Sequence record: SRR2962707_440
Strand: one strand, 5' to 3'
Length of the DNA: 64,000 nt
The notes beneath the pieces are model-generated. The model worked only from the letters and a program-made list of their open reading frames with translations, did no database searches and was not told the origin of the DNA. Positions 45,101 through 53,126 of this stretch are shown here, one piece after another (the first letter of the stretch is position 1; every line of letters starts with the position of its first letter). The position numbers and the translations under genes are program-made.

Positions 45101-45285
45101 GATCTTAGCTCGCGGGCGGCGCGGCGTGTTGGCACAAAGATTGTCGCACGGGCAAGATTGAGCGGTTCATCTTGATAGGCAAAACCATCGATCAGCGCTC
45201 CATCACAAAGGGCCGCCGCCAGAGTTGGCAAAAATGCTTGCCCCGGCTCGATGGTGAAAACGCGCGGTTTTTTGTATCCGTTCAA
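42163..45285 (-). CDS. addB: Double-strand break repair protein AddB
   Basis: PTRRA, AGSTG, HPQY, LNEG.WP, RDPYAIYA, GRADR..DFKTG. Confidence 0.94.
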   Translation of the reverse strand: MNGYKKPRVFTIEPGQAFLPTLAAALCDGALIDGFAYQDEPLNLARATIFVPTRRAARELRSAFMDYLGNNSVLLPKIKPLGEFDEDALLFEGNAEDFIRTLEPVDSLERQLILGRLIAEWTKHLTEHLKAYYAGEDFTTPVSTADAFWLAQDLAALIDQLQTEDLTFEDIQAAGEAEASDWWSITLAFLEIIKTEWPKILCERNRLDPATHRNQMLRGEAKRLRETQPQDPIIVAGSTGTIPATADLIAAVATLPMGAVILPGYDLTMGDETRAILEDPEDLASAIGHPQYGMHLLVKKIGANGLIEPLGSPVSISQQARKKWVGAALEPAPRTAIWRDAKSQLSDAAFENVALLVAANEHEEVASIAAALREAIADPDVKTALVTPDRMLARRVIGELARYGIEADDSGGTPFDSTLQGALAAFTFANIFQAGDPANLLALLKNPLVQMGVNADEHSAECALLEQLVLRGAVGRFDHANFTAFAQRQIDHWHRDEVYKPKWLRTMTPDDEAAALSIATRIDKAFAPLIEIAARDTDVSIEVAIKATIKTLEALTKDEKGEHSILFDGEAGMMLRSVLTKFLASETSFSFEPSQWPEIFRAATSGMLIKPKAGGHPRIAILGALEARLQTVDFMVLGGLNEGVWPQQTSNDAFLTRGMKARMKMQPPERRIGLAAHDFQMAMGQQRLLLTRSARLENAPAVASRWLQRLETLAGGDKAKELLRAGYRYAQMAQATDHIEDQKFAERPKPTPPIASRPTHFSVTEIERLRRDPYAIYAKKVLGLYPLEPLVRDPDAATRGTLLHKILEEATKANIDYEGGDAAGALGTIADAVFGQENLPEDIEIIWRARFDAAIPGLIAWERSRNESGVTRYAELQSDKYPIDDTGVTLGGRADRMDLRADGRVDVVDFKTGGAPSAKQVKSLLSPQMPLEAALLNRGAFPALVGKHDAQELLYVTLGPSGKVDIRDVRGNGKSAVDANDLADKAWEKLVDILKFYNEETNGYISRAIPKLEHDYSDEYDHLARVMEWSAGVDSDGGEA

Positions 45286-45362
45286 TGGGCTGCCTGTGGG
45301 TTTGATTTACGAATCGGCGACTTTAGATGTTTTGAAAAGAGCTTAGCCCAAAAGCGCACGGA

Positions 45363-46082
45363 TTATGAAAGCAATTTCAATTTTGCTTCCGCTTCAATCA
45401 AACTTTCAGGCGTACCGACGGTAATCCAGTGTCCGTCCTCTAACACAATCCCATAGAGCCTTTTGGCTTCAATCGCCTTATCAAAATACACATTAAGCGA
45501 ATGCGAGCCTTGCTGCGCATTATCAAAAACTGATGGCGCATAAATTGCTGCACCCGCATAGATCAGTCCATCGGGATCGCTTTTATCTGAACGGGTAAGC
45601 CTTTGATCGTCATCGATCAGAAAATCACTGCCGCCGGAATGGCCCGTTGCATCTTCCTTTTTGCAAAGCAGCAGCAAAATATCCATTTTTGCCGGATCAA
45701 AGGCAGCAATCATGCGATCTAAATTCGGCGTTTTAAAATCAATCCAAAATGTATCAGCGTTGACCAATGCAAAAGGTTCAGTTCCCAGCAAAGGCAATGC
45801 ACGGACCGTGCCGCCGCCAGTTTCTAAAATCTCATCGCGCTCGTCGCTGATGACGCATTCTATGTCTGAGCGTTGACGGCAATGGTCGGCAATTTGCTCG
45901 CCCAAATAGTGCATATTGACCACAGCTTTGGATAGGCCGCTGCTGATTAACGTATCGAGCGCGCGATCAAGCATGGTGCGCCCACCAACCGGCACAAGCG
46001 GTTTAGGGATATTATCGGTGATGGGGCGGAGGCGCTTGCCAAATCCGGCGGCTAAAACCATCGCTGTGGTGATTTTAGCCAT
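45363..46082 (-). CDS. murU: Nucleotidyltransferase, MurU-like (MurNAc-1-P uridylyltransferase)
   Basis: AMVLAAGFGKRLRPIT..PKPL, LETGGG, W.TVGTP; downstream of AmgK-like domain. Confidence 0.75.
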   Translation of the reverse strand: MAKITTAMVLAAGFGKRLRPITDNIPKPLVPVGGRTMLDRALDTLISSGLSKAVVNMHYLGEQIADHCRQRSDIECVISDERDEILETGGGTVRALPLLGTEPFALVNADTFWIDFKTPNLDRMIAAFDPAKMDILLLLCKKEDATGHSGGSDFLIDDDQRLTRSDKSDPDGLIYAGAAIYAPSVFDNAQQGSHSLNVYFDKAIEAKRLYGIVLEDGHWITVGTPESLIEAEAKLKLLS

Positions 46083-47565
46083 CGATCACACCGTTTTTTA
46101 AATACCAGTGGCGCAAATCGCTGAGGGCCTCATGGGCTAAAGCCTGCGCCAAATAGATTTTAGTTTGAGCGATATAAGAACGAAAGCGTGGTTTGCCATC
46201 GCGTAAATCTAAACGCACCCAAAGACCCAGTAGCCGCGAGCCACGAAATGCAGCCAGCGTTGCCACATCAAGGCGCATTTGGGCTTCATCAAATCCGGTA
46301 GAATTCTTGCGCACGGCGCAATAGGCGTTCCGCATATCGCGCTGCAAATCAGCGGGAACCACTGTTCGGGCGTCCTGTATCAGCGCCGCTAAATCATAGG
46401 CACCGGGGCCAATCATTGCATCTTGATGATCTATAATACCGATACGATCTGTGCCCGCTTTATCGCCGCGCCAAATAATATTTGGTGAATGGTAATCCCG
46501 CAGGATGATATCGTCATAGCCCACTTGGAAGCGCTCAAAATGCGGCGTCCAAAGCGCGTTGAGCTTTTCTGCTTCATCAGTGGACAGATCATTTTCCTTA
46601 CCCCACCACTCAGGCAATAAAGAAAGCCCCACTTGCATCGCGCGCGTATCATAGCGCGGAATTGGGTGCACCAAGCCATCTGGCAGTTCTACTGAGTTTG
46701 GCCATTTTTGATCATGAACTGCCGCTAATGTTTCAGCGGCTGCGATATAGCGCTCTGCAATTGGCGTGTTGTTTGAATCAACAATTTTGTCTGACCCGAG
46801 ATGCTCAACCAATAGCAGGCCTTCGGGCATATTATGCGCTAAAATGTGAGGAGCTGTGAGACCTTTGGAAATCAATAATTGGCTGATAGCGACGAAGGCG
46901 CTGACTTCATCGGATAAATGAACGACCTGCCTGTAGGAAAGTCCATCATAAATGAGCGGTTCAAGCGGCACGCGCGGTGCGTCCATCAAGATGATCGGTT
47001 CATCGCTTTCACGGGAAAAAATAAGTTCATAATTGCGCACAGACGCATCGCCAGAAAATGGTGCGCGATGGCTATCTGCATGACCGTTGGCATCTAAAAA
47101 TTCTCGAATTTTGATGCTTCGGTTGAGACGATCGATAAAGGAAGCGGGCGCATTGATGGTCATTTCGCGGGCATCGGGCGCGTCTTTGGGTTCACTCAAC
47201 GAGACCTCTACAAGATCTTGCGGTAAAAGCCCTTCAGCCTTGCTTGGCCACTCGATAAGGGCGCAACCATTTTCCAGCGCGTGATCAAGGCCCAACTCAT
47301 CAAGTTCTTCGGGATTGCTTAAACGGTACAAATCCATATGCGTCACCGGCAAGGGTGTTTCATAGGGTTGCACAAGCGTGAAAGTTGGGCTTGGCACATC
47401 GAGTTTTTTATCAAAATCTGATGCTAAGGCCCGAATGATGGCGCGGGCGAAAGTTGTTTTTCCCGCGCCTAGATCGCCAATCAATGTGACGCAATCACCT
47501 TTTTTAAGCGCAAAGGCAAACGTTTCAGCAAATTGGGCGAGCGCGGCCTCATCAGCAAAATACAT
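46075..47565 (-). CDS. tsaE: TsaE ATPase fused to AmgK-like (APH-fold) sugar kinase
   Basis: N-terminal GDLGAGKT, SPTF, HMDLYRL, IEWP; C-terminal GDAS.R.Y, MDAP, RDYHSPN, IIDHQDA. Confidence 0.9.
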   Translation of the reverse strand: MYFADEAALAQFAETFAFALKKGDCVTLIGDLGAGKTTFARAIIRALASDFDKKLDVPSPTFTLVQPYETPLPVTHMDLYRLSNPEELDELGLDHALENGCALIEWPSKAEGLLPQDLVEVSLSEPKDAPDAREMTINAPASFIDRLNRSIKIREFLDANGHADSHRAPFSGDASVRNYELIFSRESDEPIILMDAPRVPLEPLIYDGLSYRQVVHLSDEVSAFVAISQLLISKGLTAPHILAHNMPEGLLLVEHLGSDKIVDSNNTPIAERYIAAAETLAAVHDQKWPNSVELPDGLVHPIPRYDTRAMQVGLSLLPEWWGKENDLSTDEAEKLNALWTPHFERFQVGYDDIILRDYHSPNIIWRGDKAGTDRIGIIDHQDAMIGPGAYDLAALIQDARTVVPADLQRDMRNAYCAVRKNSTGFDEAQMRLDVATLAAFRGSRLLGLWVRLDLRDGKPRFRSYIAQTKIYLAQALAHEALSDLRHWYLKNGVIDG

Positions 47566-47573
47566 CGCAGCGC

Positions 47574-50096
47574 CTATTCTGCCGCCACGCTGACATGTGA
47601 TGGTAATTCAGGAAATTTCAAAACAACTTCGGTGCCTTGTTTGGCCGAAGAGTTGATGATCACTTGCCCGTCGTGCAAATCGACAAAGCTTTTTACGATA
47701 GCAAGGCCAAGGCCGGCCCCACGGCGGCGACCGCCCGCTTTGGTCTGGAAGGGCTCAAAAATATCTTGGAGCACTTCAGCGTCCATACCAGGCCCCTTAT
47801 CGCGGACTTTAAAGGCGACGCCGTCATCAATGCGCTGGCAAGTGAAGCTAACAGTTGAACCTTCGGGCGCAAAATCAGCGGCATTTGAAAGCACGTTTTC
47901 CATCACTTGGACGAGGCGTACCCGATCAGCGACGATTGAACCAATTTCCGGCTCTATGCGGATGACCAGATCAATGTCATGTTCTTCAAAGCGGCCTTTG
48001 AGTTCATTTGCCGCTTCGCGCATCGCAGGTTCAATTTCCACTTTCTCAAAGCTTAGATCCATTACACCTGCGTCAACACTGGCGAGATCAAGAATATCAT
48101 CTGTCGTATCGAGTAGCGCTTTGGACGATGATTCGATGTGGCCGATATATTCGCGCTGCTTTTCATTAAGCGGGCCAATGCCTTCCATGGATATCAAATC
48201 GGTGAAGCCCATAATGCTGGTCAGCGGCGACCGCAGCTCGTAGGAAACGTGCTGAATGAAGCGGTTTTTCAAATTAGACGTGCGTTCAAGCGCGTCATTG
48301 CGATCACGAAGCGCACGTTCGATTTGTTCTGCTGGGGTCATATCAACAAAGGTGATCATCGTTTGGCCGTTTGGCAACGGAACAATCATCCATGATAGGC
48401 TGTACTCGCCCGATTGAACCTTGCCCACTCCATTGGTGCGGTCTTCATCAAACGCAGTCACAATACCGGCAAATTCGTCCCACGCTGAGGCGTCGCCGCC
48501 TTTTTGAGCAATACTGCGCGAAATATCCGCAATATGCGCATGTTCCTGATCGCCCAGGTCATCAAGATTCCAGAACTTTCTGAAAGCTGGATTGGCTAGC
48601 TGCAAACGCCCATCAGACGCGAACACGACCACACCTTCTGAAAGATTGTCCAAGGTTTCGCCTTGAACGCGGACAAGCGTCGTATATCGGCTTTCAAGGT
48701 CGATGCGTTCGGTGAGGTTTTCAAAGGCCCACGTCAAACCACCTTTTGGATGCGGATTGCCGACAACACGCACCGTTCTCCCATCGGTCAAATGCCACCA
48801 TTGTTCTTGTGGCTCTGTCGCGCGGAAAGCAGAAACCAGTTCTGACTTCCAGCGGCGCCAATCGGGTTGCTCTGGCAATTGTCCTTCGGTGCGAAGGCGG
48901 TCGAGTATCATGGTCACGTTAGGTGATTGATCAAGGAATGCATCATCAAACTTCCACAATTCTTTAAAGGCCTGATTATGGAAGACGAGTTTTTCATGTT
49001 CATCGAACATCGCGACCGCGGTTGTTAGCTCATCAAGGGTTTCTTCATGGCTTCGGATTGTTTTATTCAATTCGTGGCGAACAGCTTCGGTTTCGGTTCT
49101 ATCTAAACCGATGCCTGCTGATCCAAGCGTTCCCTTTGCTTCAATCACATCATACATAAGGCGATCGCCGCCGACGACGGTTGAGAGTTGACCGCTAAAA
49201 CTTCCTTCAGTGCGGCAGGTTTCAGCTAATGTCCGGCGCGACTGCGTGCCAAACAATTCAGCTTTTTTATAGATGGTTGTCGCGCTGTCGTCGCATTCCA
49301 CGGCATTGGCGAAGGCGCTATTGACCCAAGAAAGTTCGCCGCTCTCATTGCGAATCCAAATCGGCGCGTCGACTTTATCCATTAAGCGTTGCAGCGTTTC
49401 CATCGTTTCAACAACGCGGCTATGGGCGCTTGTCAGCAAGGCGTGTGATTTGCGCTCATTAGAAAGATTAGCAAAGCGAACTATCGCGCTGGCACCGGAG
49501 GTGCGGCCTGTAACCTCAATAGGGGTGCCATTCATTGTATCAATGATTTGATTGAACGGCGTTGCTTTTTCGCGCAGCTCTTCAATGGCATGCTCCAACT
49601 TTGCGGCAGAGCGCGGCTGCAACCAACGACCAAAAGCTAAAAGTTGGTTTTGATCTTTTGGCGCACCTGATCCGGTCTCCAGCTCGCCAACAATCGCCGG
49701 CTTTGCGTCCGTACCTGACCAGATGATCGCTTGCTGGCCTTCGGCGGCTGACAGCGCTTCAAGTTGGCTTAACCTGGAGGTGAGGGCAGATACGCGTGTG
49801 CGCAGTAAAACATTTTGATTTGATGCGCGGCCACGTTCGCGAATAAGCCAAAGGGCTGATGCCAATGCGGCAACCATCGAACCGGCGAACAACGCAAATT
49901 GTGTAATTTCTAAAGTTTGAAGCGAAACGCCGAAAATTGTAACTTGGTTTTTTGGCACTGCTGTCGTGACAATATCTTGGGTAAAGGCGGGAAAGGCAGA
50001 AATACTGGCTAGGTAAATGGCGCCAAAACCAATCGTTGTTGATTTTAAAGACCGCTTCACGCGTTCACCGATGCGATTTTTGCCTGGTATTGTCAT
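47574..50096 (-). CDS. divL: PAS-domain histidine-kinase-like cell-cycle protein DivL
   Basis: H-box HVSYELRSPL with Tyr at the His position, several PAS-like segments, HATPase D.GPG and GAGLGL. Confidence 0.85.
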   Translation of the reverse strand: MTIPGKNRIGERVKRSLKSTTIGFGAIYLASISAFPAFTQDIVTTAVPKNQVTIFGVSLQTLEITQFALFAGSMVAALASALWLIRERGRASNQNVLLRTRVSALTSRLSQLEALSAAEGQQAIIWSGTDAKPAIVGELETGSGAPKDQNQLLAFGRWLQPRSAAKLEHAIEELREKATPFNQIIDTMNGTPIEVTGRTSGASAIVRFANLSNERKSHALLTSAHSRVVETMETLQRLMDKVDAPIWIRNESGELSWVNSAFANAVECDDSATTIYKKAELFGTQSRRTLAETCRTEGSFSGQLSTVVGGDRLMYDVIEAKGTLGSAGIGLDRTETEAVRHELNKTIRSHEETLDELTTAVAMFDEHEKLVFHNQAFKELWKFDDAFLDQSPNVTMILDRLRTEGQLPEQPDWRRWKSELVSAFRATEPQEQWWHLTDGRTVRVVGNPHPKGGLTWAFENLTERIDLESRYTTLVRVQGETLDNLSEGVVVFASDGRLQLANPAFRKFWNLDDLGDQEHAHIADISRSIAQKGGDASAWDEFAGIVTAFDEDRTNGVGKVQSGEYSLSWMIVPLPNGQTMITFVDMTPAEQIERALRDRNDALERTSNLKNRFIQHVSYELRSPLTSIMGFTDLISMEGIGPLNEKQREYIGHIESSSKALLDTTDDILDLASVDAGVMDLSFEKVEIEPAMREAANELKGRFEEHDIDLVIRIEPEIGSIVADRVRLVQVMENVLSNAADFAPEGSTVSFTCQRIDDGVAFKVRDKGPGMDAEVLQDIFEPFQTKAGGRRRGAGLGLAIVKSFVDLHDGQVIINSSAKQGTEVVLKFPELPSHVSVAAE

Positions 50097-50242
50097 TTTT
50101 TCTTCCCCTTACATCAAACCGGTAAACCAGACAAAACCGGATAAAATGATGTCAAACTTGGTCGCCGAACCATTCATCGCCGACAAAGCGAATCACCCCA
50201 ACATAGCTAACGATGGAATCCACGAAAAGAGTCAAAACGACA

Positions 50243-50272
50243 AAGACCGAATTGCGTGAGCAATCCGGTCTT
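50243..50272 (-). terminator. Terminator after ahcY
   Basis: Minus strand AAGACCGGATTGC-TCAC-GCAATTCGGTCTT then T-rich tail. Confidence 0.7.
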
Positions 50273-50322
50273 AAAATCTTACGTTTTAGCCGCTAAAAGC
50301 GCTGCGTTTACATCGCGATGTC

Positions 50323-51714
50323 TTAGTAGCGATAATGTTCAGGCTTATACGGGCCTTCAACAGATACGCCGATGTAATCAGCCTGTTCTGGGCGAAGCTC
50401 AGTCAATTTCACGCCAATTTTTGCAAGATGCAGGCGCGCGACTTTTTCATCGAGATGTTTCGGCAAGATATAAACTTCGTTTTTGTACTGATCGCCTTTG
50501 GTCCAAAGCTCAATCTGAGCCAACACTTGGTTTGTGAACGAAGCTGACATCACGAATGATGGATGGCCTGTTGCATTACCAAGGTTGAGCAAGCGACCTT
50601 GTGATAGAAGGATCATACGATTGCCTGACGGCATTTCGTACATGTCTACTTGGTCTTTGATGTTTGTGACTTTCAGGTTTTTAAGGTTTGCTACCTGAAT
50701 TTCATTGTCAAAGTGACCGATATTACCAACGATGGCCATATCTTTCATTTCACGCATATGTTCGATGCGGATGATGTCTTTGTTGCCTGTTGTGGTTACA
50801 AAAATATCTGCGTCTTTTACGCAATCTTCGAGCGTTGTGACTTCAAATCCATCCATTGCTGCCTGAAGCGCGCAAATAGGGTCGATTTCTGTCACTTTAA
50901 CACGGGCGCCTGCGCCACGTAGAGAAGCAGCAGAACCTTTGCCGACATCGCCATAACCACACACAACAGCGGTTTTACCAGCCATCATTGTGTCTGTTGC
51001 GCGGCGGATGCCATCAACCAATGATTCTTTACAGCCATATTTGTTGTCGAATTTCGACTTAGTGACTGAATCGTTCACATTGATCGCTGGGAAAGGCAAT
51101 AGACCTTTTTCGACCAGTTCATAAAGGCGGTGAACGCCTGTTGTTGTTTCTTCTGAAACGCCGGCGATCTGATCACGGATCTTAGTGAACCAGCCCGGAG
51201 AAGCTTTCATGCGCTTCTTGATCTGCTCTTTGATGACTGCTTCTTCATCAGAAGACGGAACTGGGATGATATCTTCGCCAGCTTCAGCCCGGGCGCCAAG
51301 CAGAACATAAAGAGTGGCATCACCGCCATCATCAAGAATGAGGTTCGGGCCATCGGCAAACTGGAATGATTTGTCGAGGTAATCCCAATGCTCTTCGAGG
51401 CTCTGACCCTTGATGGCAAAAACTGGAACGCCACTTTTGGCGATGGCAGCGGCAGCATGGTCTTGAGTGGAATAGATGTTGCATGATGCCCAACGGACAT
51501 CAGCACCAAGAGCGGTGAGTGTTTCGATAAGAACAGCGGTCTGAATGGTCATATGCAGCGAGCCAACAATGCGTGCGCCTTTCAGCGGCTTGCTGTCACC
51601 AAATTCTTCGCGCAAGGACATCAGGCCCGGCATTTCTGTTTCAGCAATATCAAGCTCCTTGCGACCATAATCTGCAAGGGCGATGTCTTTTACGATATAA
51701 TCTTGTTCGGCCAT
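50323..51714 (-). CDS. ahcY: Adenosylhomocysteinase
   Basis: [48 protein letters not shown]. Confidence 0.98.
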   Translation of the reverse strand: MAEQDYIVKDIALADYGRKELDIAETEMPGLMSLREEFGDSKPLKGARIVGSLHMTIQTAVLIETLTALGADVRWASCNIYSTQDHAAAAIAKSGVPVFAIKGQSLEEHWDYLDKSFQFADGPNLILDDGGDATLYVLLGARAEAGEDIIPVPSSDEEAVIKEQIKKRMKASPGWFTKIRDQIAGVSEETTTGVHRLYELVEKGLLPFPAINVNDSVTKSKFDNKYGCKESLVDGIRRATDTMMAGKTAVVCGYGDVGKGSAASLRGAGARVKVTEIDPICALQAAMDGFEVTTLEDCVKDADIFVTTTGNKDIIRIEHMREMKDMAIVGNIGHFDNEIQVANLKNLKVTNIKDQVDMYEMPSGNRMILLSQGRLLNLGNATGHPSFVMSASFTNQVLAQIELWTKGDQYKNEVYILPKHLDEKVARLHLAKIGVKLTELRPEQADYIGVSVEGPYKPEHYRY

Positions 51715-51793
51715 AATGTCCGTCTCCGAGAGTTTAAAGCGATCTTTTAATTTGGGCGCTTCCTACCAGAGAGCGCCGTTAGGCGCAATGCAC

Positions 51794-51813
51794 ATATAAA
51801 GAAATGTTTATGT
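51794..51813. promoter_or_regulatory. SahR-like palindromic operator upstream of ahcY
   Basis: ATATAAAGAAATGTTTATGT imperfect palindrome next to a TTGCGC-N17-TAGGAA promoter on the minus strand. Confidence 0.6.
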
Positions 51814-51846
51814 GTAGATGTAGTTTTGACGAAGTGGGCTTATCGC

Positions 51847-52125
51847 CTATTCACCTTCATCAAATTTATCTTCAAGCAAAGTCTCGATTGCGTTAAGCGC
51901 GGCATCGGCATCATCGCCTTGGGCTGACACCTCAATTTGGCTGCCTTTTGTGGCGGCGAGCATCATCAGGCCCATAATTGATGTACCGCCGACAGTGGAA
52001 CCGTCTTTAGACACGGTCACTTCAGCATCAAATTTTTCAACAGTTAGGACAAAACGTGAGGAGGCACGGGCGTGAAGCCCTTTGACATTTTGTATCGTCA
52101 TTGTGCGTGTTAATTTAGAGGTCAT
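51847..52125 (-). CDS. ptsH: Phosphocarrier HPr/NPr
   Basis: GLHARAS (His), GTSIMGLMML (Ser). Confidence 0.92.
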   Translation of the reverse strand: MTSKLTRTMTIQNVKGLHARASSRFVLTVEKFDAEVTVSKDGSTVGGTSIMGLMMLAATKGSQIEVSAQGDDADAALNAIETLLEDKFDEGE

Positions 52126-52135
52126 AAAGCGCCGT

Positions 52136-52537
52136 TTATTTTCCGGCTAAGACTTGGCTTGCCACATTTATATATTTACGCCCCGCCTTCGATGACAGAT
52201 CCAAAACAGTTGCCATGTCTTTCGATTCGCGGGCTTTTGCCAGCTTAATAAGCATAGGTAAATTCATGCCTGCGATAATCTCAATTTTGCCGACTTCCAT
52301 CAGCGAAATGGCCAAATTTGATGGCGTGCCACCAAACATGTCAGTCACGATGATAACACCGTGGCCATTGTCCGCTTTGGCAACAGCTGCGACAATATCC
52401 TCGCGCCTCTGCTCCATATTATCTTCAGCCTCAATGCATATGCATTCGAACTGGGTTTGCGCGCCAACAACATGTTCAACCGCTTTGTAAAAAGCCGTTG
52501 CAATTGCACCATGTGAAACCAATACTACACCGATCAT
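52136..52537 (-). CDS. PTS EIIA, mannose-type (ManX-like)
   Basis: MIGVVLVSHG, TDMFGGTPSN, GMNLPML. Confidence 0.9.
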   Translation of the reverse strand: MIGVVLVSHGAIATAFYKAVEHVVGAQTQFECICIEAEDNMEQRREDIVAAVAKADNGHGVIIVTDMFGGTPSNLAISLMEVGKIEIIAGMNLPMLIKLAKARESKDMATVLDLSSKAGRKYINVASQVLAGK

Positions 52538-52661
52538 AGATCGTTTTTTCCCATCGTCAGACAAATTATAGGTCCGCTCTTCTTAATTTGCATTCTGAAC
52601 AGTATTTTTAATTAATGACAAGATGTTCAGGCAAAATAGAAAGCGTGATTTGATATGTTGA

Positions 52662-53117
52662 TTAGACGTCAATACCATAGCCAAGTGCGGAAAACACCGC
52701 ATTTCCAGCGGCTTCTAGCTGTTCGACGCTTAAAATAAGCGATTGAACAGATACGCCCCCTGCGGCAAAATATTCACCATCCCAAAAGCGAACAGTCTTT
52801 TCGGCTGCACCGAGTTCAACCTGTAATTGAATAGCTGCGCCGGCCTCTCCATTTTGGTTAATATCGACAATGCCGAAACCAAACACTTCGATTTTGCCGA
52901 GGATCTGGTGCGGCGCCGTACCGATTAGCGCACCGTCTTTCGCTTCAAGAAAAACCTGATCATCAGAAATAAATACAGCTGGAATGTTTGCTGCGCGGCA
53001 TCGGCGAATAAGATGGCGTCCTAGCAAGGTTTTGCCGCTGCCAGACGCCCCCATAAGGAGAACGCCTTTTCCATCAATCGCAATGAGAGTTGCATGGACG
53101 TTATTTTTAGCGGTCAC
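52662..53117 (-). CDS. hprK: HPr kinase/phosphorylase, short form (C-terminal domain only)
   Basis: HAT, GVLL.GASGSGKT, SDDQ, G.IEV.G.GI; between chvG and EIIA. Confidence 0.82.
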   Translation of the reverse strand: MTAKNNVHATLIAIDGKGVLLMGASGSGKTLLGRHLIRRCRAANIPAVFISDDQVFLEAKDGALIGTAPHQILGKIEVFGFGIVDINQNGEAGAAIQLQVELGAAEKTVRFWDGEYFAAGGVSVQSLILSVEQLEAAGNAVFSALGYGIDV

Positions 53118-53126
53118 GACTGATCC

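Noticed and set aside
47533-48243. Long antisense ORFs (236 aa here; also 36018-36593, 19488-20024, 2610-3140)
   Set aside because: Shadows of well-supported genes on the other strand, with no recognisable motifs
51750-51790. SAH riboswitch upstream of ahcY (sense strand contains AACGGCGCTC and a GGCGCT/AGCGCC repeat)
   Set aside because: The upstream GAGGAGCGC...CAGGCTC part is absent and the words overlap the predicted promoter spacer
52595-52630. CTGAACA-N22-TGTTCAG inverted repeat upstream of EIIA
   Set aside because: Short arms and a long spacer, and it does not fit the GTTC-N7-GTTC LexA box; no support
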